DNA from: a virus
DNA length: 64,000 nucleotides
IMG/VR virus record: IMGVR_UViG_3300009495_000012
Strand: one strand, 5' to 3'
Shown here in pieces: positions 8,527 to 18,300 of the stretch (position 1 is its first letter; each line of letters begins with the position of its first letter). A model generated the notes under the pieces. The model was given only the letters and a program-made list of their open reading frames with translations. It was not told the DNA's origin and made no database searches. Both the position numbers and the translations under genes were made by a program.

Positions 8527-11500
8527 CTAAGCAGTCCTTACATATAGTGTATAAGTCTCTACGTTAAATACTGTGTTACCAATAGTTTGTCCCACGTAAC
8601 TACTTACTCTGGTACGGTGATATGCTGATCCCCTTGATCTTGAGTAGTTTCCTACATAATCACCCGCATAGTTTGATCCACGGGTTCTTTGAGAGTTACG
8701 GGTAAATGCTCTTGTACTTGTACGTCCATATGAACTATTTCTGGTTCGTGAAAATACTTCGTCCCTTTCTCTTGTGTAATCCCCAACACGAGTACGATTA
8801 AAGTTTCTTGAGTAAACACCAGTATATATATCCGAATATGCTTGGGAGAAAATTGATGATCTGCCTCTAGTATAGTTGGACACACGAGTTCTACTATAAG
8901 AACTTACACGAGCACGAGTAAAACTAGAACCACGGTTTCTTGTATAGTTACCAAGGAAGTCACCTGTATAATTACCCACAAACGAACGTGTGTAATTAGA
9001 TACACGAGTACGAGCATATGAACTAACACGAGTCGGTATACTTGTACGTGTTGATGTACGTGTGTAGTTACCCAGATAGTTTCCTGCAAACGCACGAGTG
9101 TAATCACCAACGTAGTTACCTGCGAAGTTTCTAAAATAGTTACCTAAGTAGTTACCCACAAAATTACGACTAAAGTTACCAACAAAAACACCTTCCCCTG
9201 CAATTATTGATGCACCAGTACCTTGAGCACCTGCATAGTTACCTGCAAAATTTCTTGTTGATGTACGAGTATATGATGATACTCTATTACGTGTATAGTT
9301 ACGTGAATAACCACGTGCATACTCACCAACAAAAACACCTTCCTCTGCAATTATTGATGCACCAGTACCTTGAGCACCAGTATAATTACCAAGGAATGTT
9401 GATATCCTTGTACGTGTACTTGTTACAGAATTTCTAAGTCTGGTGTATGCGACTGTAGAATCTCTTAGGTAATTACGAGTACTCGATCTTGTGTATGCGA
9501 CTGTAGACTGTCTTGTATACTGATCAACTATTGTTCTGGTGTATGGAAATGCGGGGTTTCCACTTGAAGATCTTGTATATGCTCTGTTACTAGTTCTTGT
9601 AAACTGTCTGGAGAATCCAACACCAAAGTTACGTGAATAACTTGTACCAGCGAAGAAACGAGAAAAATTCATTGTGAAGTTACCAAAGTAATCACCAGTA
9701 AAGTTTGTTGGGCCAGTGTAATATTGGAACACACCTGCTTTGGGTGCAAATCGAACAAATGCCATTTCACCAATATAGTTACCAGTGAAGTTTTTGCTCG
9801 TGTCGGCGGCATAGTTACTTACACGTCCACCACGTGTATAGTGTTGAGCATTGTATGTACTCACTCGGAATTGCTGACTACTCCTCGTATAACTTTGGAA
9901 GTACGTAGTTACATAATTTACTTGAGTTGCTAGAGAATCTGTTTCATTCGTAAAGAACACGATACTGTCCATACGAGCAGATTCAATATTAGCACTTCTT
10001 GTAAACCCACGAGTATAGTCTCCAGTGTAGTCTCTTAATAGTATGTTTCTGCTATAAGTGTCTGCATATTCCCTTACATAGTTACCTGTAAAGTTCTCGA
10101 TACGAGTTATAGTATAGTTTCTGTAATATGATGATATTCTATTACGTGTATAGTTACCAACAAAAACATTTTCTCCATTTACTACCGAAGCACCAGTACC
10201 TTGAGCACCTGTATAGTTACCTGCGAAGTTACGTGAATAGTTACCAACAAAAACATTTTGGTCACTTACAACCGAAGCACCTGTGCCTTGAGCACCAGTA
10301 TAATTACCTGCAAATGCCGTGATAAAGTTACCTGCATAACTTTCAGACCTACTGCGAGTGTATGCTGTTGTAGAGTTACGACTAAAGTTGCGGAAAAACT
10401 GACGAGAATAATTACCAACAAACATACCCTCACCATCAATTATTGATGCACCAGTACCTTGAGCACCTGCATAGTTACCAGTGTAGTTTCGAGCACTTGT
10501 TCGAGTATAACCTCTTGAGTAATAATTTAGGTAATTAGAATTTCTATTCTGAATACGTAGTCGAGTATACGAAGACTCTCTGGTTCTTGTAGATGTACGG
10601 GTATATGCACTGACCCTTGTTCTTGCAGAAAGTCTTGTGTATTCTCCAACATAGTTACCTGCATAGTTACCCACGAAGTTACGTGAATAGTTACCCACGA
10701 AGCCTCTTGTATAATTCTCAAGACGGGTACGAGTAAATGCTGTGTCCCTTTCTCTCGTATAGTTTCCTGCAAACGCACGAGCATAGTTTCCTACAAAGGT
10801 TCTGCTATACTCACCTACAAAATTACGAGTGAAATCACCAGTGAAGATTCTGGTATAATTACCTACATAGTTACCTACATATTCTCCTACGTATTCACGT
10901 GCATAGTCACCAACAAAGTTACGTGTATAGTTACCTAAGTAGTCACCAGTATATTCACCCACAAATTGACGAGAGTAGTTCCCTGCATAATTACGTGAAT
11001 AGTTACCAGTGTAGTCTCCTGCGAAGTTTCTTGTTGATGTTCTGGTATAGTTATCGGAGTAATTACCTACAAATACTCTGGCATAGTCTCCTGCGAAACT
11101 ACGAGTATAACTTTGTTCATCAACAAGTCGAATAGTGTTTGTTGCGGATCCCTTTGCAGTCCAAGTTTGACCAGATACGTTTGGTGCTCCCTGCGAAGAT
11201 GTTCTTAAATCGTATGATCCAACATTACCTTGAATGGCACGTCTTGTCTTAGCACGTTGACCAATAGATTGTGTAATCTGTCTGTCTGTTAATTTCTCGA
11301 CACCTTGATATGTTCCAGTTGCACCAGAAGACCTCTTAATACCCATGATAGATGATATACCACCAACATCATTAAGGATATTAGTTGGAGCAGACATATT
11401 AGTCCTTCTCCAGATAGAATAGTCATTTACAGTATATGGATTACCAGAAGAATCAGCACGTTGATCTGTAAGAATACTTGGAACTAAAATAGTATAATCA

Positions 11501-11946
11501 CCACTTGGTGCAGTAGCAGAAAGTTTTAAAGATCCTGCATAATCAGATGTTGCAATACGTCCATTGATTTCATCTACAAATGAATTTACATCTGTATCAT
11601 TCTGCTCATATATGTTTGTGTCATAATGTGCAATTGGTTTACGTACGTCAGAATCTGCTAATGAAGCAGTTCCGTTTATCTGATATAAGTTCTTTGATGT
11701 GGCAGTAACTGAGGTGGCATCATAAGGGTGAGTACCTACAGGTTCTGGATAGTATGTGTCTTCTAGTGTACCTATTAATCGATTACCAGAAGCAGTAGTC
11801 GTAAGCAGTCCTACATCCGAACTGTCCGCTTGGGCAGTATGTATACCTGCAAGATATGCAATATAATTTTTATCACTTGCATTTATCTGTTGGAGATTAC
11901 CATCACTGTCTTTTAACTTTAACGGTAATGCCTTATTATTCGACAT
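8527..11946 (-). CDS. Paralogous self-complementary tetrapeptide-repeat fibre protein (1139 aa)
   Basis: N-terminus PLKL..GNLQQ..NYIAY.AG and C-terminus ETYTLYVRTA homologous to the 2147-aa protein; same repeat classes; five AQGTGAS inserts. Confidence 0.8.
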   Translation of the reverse strand: MSNNKALPLKLKDSDGNLQQINASDKNYIAYLAGIHTAQADSSDVGLLTTTASGNRLIGTLEDTYYPEPVGTHPYDATSVTATSKNLYQINGTASLADSDVRKPIAHYDTNIYEQNDTDVNSFVDEINGRIATSDYAGSLKLSATAPSGDYTILVPSILTDQRADSSGNPYTVNDYSIWRRTNMSAPTNILNDVGGISSIMGIKRSSGATGTYQGVEKLTDRQITQSIGQRAKTRRAIQGNVGSYDLRTSSQGAPNVSGQTWTAKGSATNTIRLVDEQSYTRSFAGDYARVFVGNYSDNYTRTSTRNFAGDYTGNYSRNYAGNYSRQFVGEYTGDYLGNYTRNFVGDYAREYVGEYVGNYVGNYTRIFTGDFTRNFVGEYSRTFVGNYARAFAGNYTRERDTAFTRTRLENYTRGFVGNYSRNFVGNYAGNYVGEYTRLSARTRVSAYTRTSTRTRESSYTRLRIQNRNSNYLNYYSRGYTRTSARNYTGNYAGAQGTGASIIDGEGMFVGNYSRQFFRNFSRNSTTAYTRSRSESYAGNFITAFAGNYTGAQGTGASVVSDQNVFVGNYSRNFAGNYTGAQGTGASVVNGENVFVGNYTRNRISSYYRNYTITRIENFTGNYVREYADTYSRNILLRDYTGDYTRGFTRSANIESARMDSIVFFTNETDSLATQVNYVTTYFQSYTRSSQQFRVSTYNAQHYTRGGRVSNYAADTSKNFTGNYIGEMAFVRFAPKAGVFQYYTGPTNFTGDYFGNFTMNFSRFFAGTSYSRNFGVGFSRQFTRTSNRAYTRSSSGNPAFPYTRTIVDQYTRQSTVAYTRSSTRNYLRDSTVAYTRLRNSVTSTRTRISTFLGNYTGAQGTGASIIAEEGVFVGEYARGYSRNYTRNRVSSYTRTSTRNFAGNYAGAQGTGASIIAGEGVFVGNFSRNFVGNYLGNYFRNFAGNYVGDYTRAFAGNYLGNYTRTSTRTSIPTRVSSYARTRVSNYTRSFVGNYTGDFLGNYTRNRGSSFTRARVSSYSRTRVSNYTRGRSSIFSQAYSDIYTGVYSRNFNRTRVGDYTRERDEVFSRTRNSSYGRTSTRAFTRNSQRTRGSNYAGDYVGNYSRSRGSAYHRTRVSSYVGQTIGNTVFNVETYTLYVRTA

Positions 11947-11957
11947 TATACTTCCTA

Positions 11958-14900
11958 TTAATTTAGAAGGGTACCGTTCTCATCATAGATTAAGACAGTC
12001 CTTCTTGCCAATTCGTTTATTGCGTTTACTATACTATCATTATTTATACTTGCTGTGGTGAAGAAGTTTCCGTCTGTGTCACTATCAAGACTTGTAAGTG
12101 CTCCAATTCTTGTACTTAATTCGGCAATATCTGTATCATTACTCGTGATTCTACCTTCATTCACATTGATCTGCGATACAGCAGAATCTAATTGGGTGTG
12201 GATCTCATTAATACTACCTGCAACGTTCTGTGCAGTTGTACCTAAAGCACTGTCCAACCATAAAGCATGGTTAGGAAGTCTGATATTACTTGCATCTATA
12301 TCCAGTGCTTTTATAGCACCAGAGTATATATCTAACTGGTTGCTACTGTTCTGGAATCGACCAAACTGAACACCATTGTCTTTTAGATATACGTCACCAC
12401 CATTTGCATCAAGAACAATATCTCCATTCACATCTAATGTGTAAGTAGAAGGGGCGGCAATCTTATATGTTGCATCATCTGCAAGAGTATGCGTTACTGT
12501 ATCGGCACCTCCACCATTCTTAAATATGATGTCATTGCCGTCTGCATCGAGAGTAATATCTCCAGAAGCATCAATTAATGCGTCACCTGTTACTGTAGCA
12601 GTTAATGCACCAGTTGTCAATGATACTGCATTTGAATTACTGATTGTATCAGCAATAATGTTGAAGTTACCAATGTCTGCACTATCTGCAACGAGGTCAT
12701 CTGTAGTTACAGTACCATCGAAGAATGCATGTTTCCATTGAAGTGTAGATGAACCTAAGTTGTAAGTATCGTCTGCATCTGGTATAATATTAGTATCAAC
12801 TCTACCAATAATAGAGATGTTATCTGTGTTAGCATTACCTAAGTCAACATGACCATTTAAGTCTGTAGCACCATCTACGTTTAGAGTGCCATCAAGATCT
12901 GTGCTACCAAGAACTTGTAAGTTGCCTTCTGCTCTTTGATTAGCACCTGTCCATGATACTGCTTTAGTTGTACCAGAGTATAATGTGACATTTGTTCCAC
13001 TATCTCTTAACTTACCCCATTGCGTACCTGCATGTTTGAGTATGATGTCATTTCCATCTGGATCAAGAATGATGTCCGTGGATGCATCAATTGTTGCAGT
13101 ACCTGTTACGGTTGCTTTCCAGTTACCACCAGATACGAGGTTCTGTGCACCAGTAGCAGTGAGTGTCATAGGGCCAGTGGTATCAATATTAATACCGTCT
13201 GTTGCACTTATATCACGTGTGCCATTTGCACTGTCGGATTGATTACCTTGAACAGTATATGTTCTGTTTCCAGTTGTTGTTTGAGTTAGGTTACCAGTAG
13301 TCGCAATAGTTGTTGTGGCACCTAATGTATATTCTTGTCGAGTGGATCCACCATCTTTCAGACGGATATTATCACCACCTGCATCAAGATTAATATCACC
13401 AGAAGCATCTACTGTGAAATTGCCAGTCACATTATGCGTTTGATTTCCACCAGATGTTGTGGTCAAAGTACCTAAAGTAGTACTTGACATATTCCCAGAA
13501 GATGTTATACTATATGTACCATTAGCAGAGTCAGCATAGTTACCACCAACTGTACGAGTAAGGGCACCGTTAACATCTAATGTGTTTGTTGCACCCAATC
13601 CATAAGAGAATCTTGCAGTTCCACCGTCTTTAAAGTCAATGTTTCCGAGGTCTGCATCTAATACTATATCACCAGAAATGTCTAATGTCAAGTTTCCTGT
13701 ACGAGAAACTACACCGTCTGTTTTAAAGTTGTATTCAGTAGAAGCACCATCTTTGAATGTGATATCTCCACCGTCTGCATCAAGGACGATATCCCCGACA
13801 GCATCTACTGTGTAAGTAGAAGGTGCTGTGATTGTATATGCACCACCATCTGCAAGTGTATGAGTAACAGTTTTATTACCTGCACCGTTTTTGAATAGAA
13901 TATCATTGCCATCGGCATCGAGAGTGATATCCCCAGAGGCATCTACTTCGAAATTGCCTGTTACATTATGCGTTTGTGAATCAGATGTAGTTTGGAACGT
14001 CCCCATTGTGGTAATATCTGCATTACCAGATGCACCGATATGATATGTACCAGATGCACTATCAGACTTATTACCTGCAACTGTCTGTGTTAAGTTACCA
14101 CTTGTTACGATTGTGTTTGTTGCACCCAGAGTGTATACGTGACGATCTGTACCTGCGTGAGCAAATTCAATGTTATCACCGTCAACATCTATTTTTAAAT
14201 CCCCTGTTACATCAACGATATAATCTGCGGGTGTAGCAATAGTATATTGTGCATTGTCTGCAAGTGTATGTGTAACAGTGTCTCCACCTGCACCATTTTT
14301 GAATATAATATCATTACCGTCTGCATCTAATGTAATGTCACCAACCGCATCCACAGTAACACTGGCAGGTGCATCTATTTCATAGTTTGCATTGTCTGAT
14401 AGAATATGTTTTACTTGATCTCCACCCGCACCATTCTTTATTATAACATCATTACCGTCTGCGTCAAGAGTAATATCTCCGACTGCATCGATAATAACAT
14501 GACTTGGGGCAGTTACAGTGTAAGTACCGTTATCATTAATGTTATGTGTAACAGTGTCTCCACCTGCACCGTTTTTAAAGATGATATCGTTACCATCTGC
14601 GTCCAGTGTAATGTCACCAGAGAAATCTAAGTTAAGGGATGTACCCTCTTGTGTTTGAGATCCAGTAGTTGTAAGTGTAGAGTTACCTGCAATATCTGCA
14701 TCAAGGTTGTTTGATATGTTAAGATCAAGGATACCAGTAACTGCTAATTGGTTTGTTGCACCTAATGTGAAATTAAATCGTGCGACAGAGTCATCAAGGA
14801 AGTTGATGTTTGCTCCACCTGCATCGAGGTTGATATCACCCACTGCATCAAGATTAATATCTAATCCTGCATTCAGTGTAATATCCGTACCACTATTTTG

Positions 14901-15137
14901 TGCAGTACTAATTAATAGTCGAGTCTGAGTCTCCCCCTGTAAAGCATTACCAGTAGGATATAAAATCTCACCTGCCGAGGCATCGAAGACCCGTTCTATC
15001 TCATTAATTGCCATGACAACATCACTGTCACCATTGGTCAGTAAGTTAACTGGATCACCGACATTATAAGAAACAGTATTGAGATTGTCTCTTAATATTT
15101 TGAAGGAGTCTGTTAGTAATGTATACGGACGTGCCAT
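11958..15137 (-). CDS. Long repeat-containing fibre/whisker-like structural protein (1059 aa)
   Basis: About 10 copies of DAxGDITLDADGNDIxFKxG; G/T/D/N-rich; C-terminal heptad-like segment ending SIVNAINEL; syntenic with fibre/wac position. Confidence 0.65.
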   Translation of the reverse strand: MARPYTLLTDSFKILRDNLNTVSYNVGDPVNLLTNGDSDVVMAINEIERVFDASAGEILYPTGNALQGETQTRLLISTAQNSGTDITLNAGLDINLDAVGDINLDAGGANINFLDDSVARFNFTLGATNQLAVTGILDLNISNNLDADIAGNSTLTTTGSQTQEGTSLNLDFSGDITLDADGNDIIFKNGAGGDTVTHNINDNGTYTVTAPSHVIIDAVGDITLDADGNDVIIKNGAGGDQVKHILSDNANYEIDAPASVTVDAVGDITLDADGNDIIFKNGAGGDTVTHTLADNAQYTIATPADYIVDVTGDLKIDVDGDNIEFAHAGTDRHVYTLGATNTIVTSGNLTQTVAGNKSDSASGTYHIGASGNADITTMGTFQTTSDSQTHNVTGNFEVDASGDITLDADGNDILFKNGAGNKTVTHTLADGGAYTITAPSTYTVDAVGDIVLDADGGDITFKDGASTEYNFKTDGVVSRTGNLTLDISGDIVLDADLGNIDFKDGGTARFSYGLGATNTLDVNGALTRTVGGNYADSANGTYSITSSGNMSSTTLGTLTTTSGGNQTHNVTGNFTVDASGDINLDAGGDNIRLKDGGSTRQEYTLGATTTIATTGNLTQTTTGNRTYTVQGNQSDSANGTRDISATDGINIDTTGPMTLTATGAQNLVSGGNWKATVTGTATIDASTDIILDPDGNDIILKHAGTQWGKLRDSGTNVTLYSGTTKAVSWTGANQRAEGNLQVLGSTDLDGTLNVDGATDLNGHVDLGNANTDNISIIGRVDTNIIPDADDTYNLGSSTLQWKHAFFDGTVTTDDLVADSADIGNFNIIADTISNSNAVSLTTGALTATVTGDALIDASGDITLDADGNDIIFKNGGGADTVTHTLADDATYKIAAPSTYTLDVNGDIVLDANGGDVYLKDNGVQFGRFQNSSNQLDIYSGAIKALDIDASNIRLPNHALWLDSALGTTAQNVAGSINEIHTQLDSAVSQINVNEGRITSNDTDIAELSTRIGALTSLDSDTDGNFFTTASINNDSIVNAINELARRTVLIYDENGTLLN
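12041..12048 (-). promoter_or_regulatory. T4-type late promoter TATAAATA
   Basis: Exact consensus inside the 3' end of the 1059-aa gene, about 95 nt upstream of the 1139-aa gene. Confidence 0.6.
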
Positions 15138-15365
15138 TTATAATTTCTCTACTATTGCGGAAAGCATCGTTTTGATATCATTAATGTCGGTCTTTAATGA
15201 TTCAACCTCTACTCTCAATTGTTTATCTTCTGCTTGTTTTTGCAGGCGTATCTTCTTTTGTTCTCGTGCTTTTTGTATTGCACTTCTATTTATATTAATA
15301 ATGGCACCAGACTCTGGATCTCTCGCAAAATCTGGTTCATCTTTTACTGTCACATATTTGGTCAT
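15138..15365 (-). CDS. Small conserved hypothetical protein with coiled-coil C-terminus
   Basis: 75 aa; FARDPESGAIIN followed by heptads; abuts both neighbours. Confidence 0.75.
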   Translation of the reverse strand: MTKYVTVKDEPDFARDPESGAIININRSAIQKAREQKKIRLQKQAEDKQLRVEVESLKTDINDIKTMLSAIVEKL

Positions 15366-15366
15366 A

Positions 15367-18300
15367 TTATATTGCCAGTGCTATTACTCGTAAATCACGG
15401 AACGTTGGTACTTGTGCTGAGTTAGTACTACGCATAACAATCTTAGTTTGGAACTTAGTGAATGGTGGTAATGCACCACCTTCACCACCTACCAAGTATC
15501 GATACTCACGGAAAGTATTCTTGTTAGTATCTGGTGGTAAAGTGTTCTCTGGAGTTACCAGTGTCCACAAGTTCTGTTCAAGGTCAACACTCGCATCACC
15601 ACATCTCCAATATACTTGGAAGTCTGCTTCTGGTGGACGGTTAGCGGCAAGTAGAATTTTAAGTCCAACTGCTTCTTCTGTTAACGTAGTAATCTTAGTT
15701 ATGTGTTTCGCAGATTCACTACCAAACATTGGGTGAGTTTCACTAATATATGTTAATGGTACATTGAATCCAGATGTAGCGGCAGAGTCTTGTTTCGAAA
15801 TTAAGTTATGCATCGTCATAACCTTTGCACGTTCTAAATCGACAATTGGAGACAAGTACGGTGAAGTAGACTTCAGTGTTATCTGCATCTCAAGAGATCT
15901 TGCACCACTTAACTTACCAGCGGTAGAAAGGTTCTCTGTTGATCTATTATAGATTGCACGTGGTGTATTATAATAAATGTTCTTTTCATTCTCCACTATC
16001 TGGAATTTATTTTCTTTATTAAACCTTGTCTGACTACCCGCAAGTGATTGCTGTGAAGTAGTTTTCATAGACAATGTTACGTTAGTCTGAGAAGGTTGAG
16101 TGATATCAATACTTGGACGTAGTACTTCAAAGTTTAAATTTTGTGATGAAGTTACAGACGAACCACCGAACCACGTACGAGAAGTTGCCGAAGCACCTGC
16201 TGTATATGTGTATCCAGAGTTATCGTAATCAACGACAGTTCTTAAACCATTAACGTTAGCACCCGTCAGTCCGTTTCCGAAGTTTGTTGCCGAGTCAATA
16301 CCACGAATAATTGTCTTATCACCAGTACGTAGACCGTGATTTGCAAATGCTACTCGTACAGTATTAGATCCAGAATCTACAACTAATGGATCCCTACTTA
16401 GTGCTTCTGGATCTACGTTAGCATTCTGAAGAATGATATTACCCGAAGAAACAAAGTTAGCAACGTTAATTTTATATGTTAAGTCAGAACCAGATGCAGG
16501 TTCCCAAGTCTTACCATTCTGAGACTTGAAGAATGCACCTAATGTTGCTTGTTGTGTCACACGTGCTTCTTGAGATCCTAATTGGAACTCACCTACTTTA
16601 GCGGCATATGCATTATAGTCTGGAGAGTTATCGCCAGGAACTAATACTAATGCATAATCCCCTGTAGGACAGAAGACTGGTGTATCAAATACAAATTTAG
16701 TTGATTGCTGTAACATTGCTTTGTTATTAGACCCAGTAGTTACCGTAGTAACCTGTGAGGGAGATAACTTCTTACTTGCTAAAATAACGTCTGAGTGCGG
16801 AATGCCATTTACTGTAGGTCTTAACTCACAGAATACTGGGGCAGTACTTGACTTAGTAGCAAAGTAAACTTCCATAGACGTAATAAATAATCCACCTGCT
16901 TCTAATACTTGGAAAGTCTGAGCAATTGGATCTCTGAACCTACGTCCACGTCTTCGTCCACGACCTCTCCTTTCTTGTACTGGAATACGAACCAACGTTG
17001 GAGTATTTGGTCTTGTTGCCGCTGGGGGCACCGTTGGTGTAGTGGCAGGTGGTACAGGTGTAATACGTGGACGAGGAACAAACTCCGTTGTGGATGTTTC
17101 GTTCTCTCTTGTTGTTTCCCTATTACCTGTAACAACAGTCACTGTACTGCTCGATTTAACATCTACAGCAGGTTCGGTTGTAACGACAGTATCTGTCCAT
17201 ACAGTACTATCTGCTGTAGTGTTTTGCTCTACAGATACATCCGAAGTACCAGTTATTTTTAGTGTACGAGTTACATGAATGTTATGTTCAAACTTCTCAA
17301 GAGTACCTGCTGATTGGAAGAGAGTCTTAGCAAATGACATTGCACCATCTTCGTTAGCAGTGTTAACATCAATTAACATGAACTCACGTTTACCAGTATG
17401 GAATCTCATAGATGCATTGTTTGGTACAATGAATGAACCTGTTACTGTACCCTCTGCATCTGATACGAGATTTGTTTTACCTTGGTTATGTTCTTGACTT
17501 GTTTTAACAACAAAGTGGTTGTCTTTAATACCACCACCCAAACGAGTGTTCAACCAACGTAGACGGTTACTGTACTTAAATGATGATTCTGTTCTACAGA
17601 ACTGAGACACATTGGTGTTATCAAAGAATGGGAAGTATTGTGTATTTGGTCGCAATCCTTCTGCTTTGAATCTAATCTCTACCGAACGCATGAATGGTAT
17701 TACTGATACATCGATAACTCTCTTGCCTACGATATCACGAATACTTGATTCACTTGCAACACGGTTTACTGTATTGGAAGTTGAAGTTGTCGTGGTAGTT
17801 TCTGTAGTTTGTTCGAATCTATTCTCTTCAGTAATAGTTTTAGTAGTTTCGAATGTTGATGTATTTGTACTACGAATCTTTGAACGAGTTTCTGTTGTTA
17901 CAACATCCCAGTTATCAGTAGTAACATTTTCACCGACTCTTACACCAACGTTTCTCCAACCAAAGTTTCTGAATGTACCACCACCAGATCCTGCAAGTCC
18001 AAAGTTACCACCTGCCCATATGCTACCACCACCGATATTGTTAGTAAAACCAGTAAAACGGGAGCGGTTCCATTGTGCATCAATAGCAGATCTGGATGTT
18101 TCTTCTTGTCGTTCTCTATTAACTTCTACTGTAGATGTTGATAATGTTTCGTTATTAGTAACAGTACCTGTCTTGACCCACTCTCCTAACTCTTCTTGAG
18201 TTGACGTGCCTACGAGCACAGGGTCTTGTGTGTTTTGAACTACTGAAGTTGAGGTTCCAGATACAAAAGACTTGGCAGTATCACCCACATCCAACGATGT

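Noticed and set aside
2014-11946. CRISPR array or diversity-generating retroelement repeats
   Set aside because: The repeats are codon-periodic, synonymously diverged and lie in open frames. There is no repeat-spacer layout, no reverse transcriptase, and no TR/VR pair differing only at adenines.
2014-11946. Multi-core RiPP precursor interpretation of the repeat proteins
   Set aside because: No leader or protease-site pattern. Late promoters, a shared anchor domain, position in the tail module and long-range pairing fit a structural fibre better.
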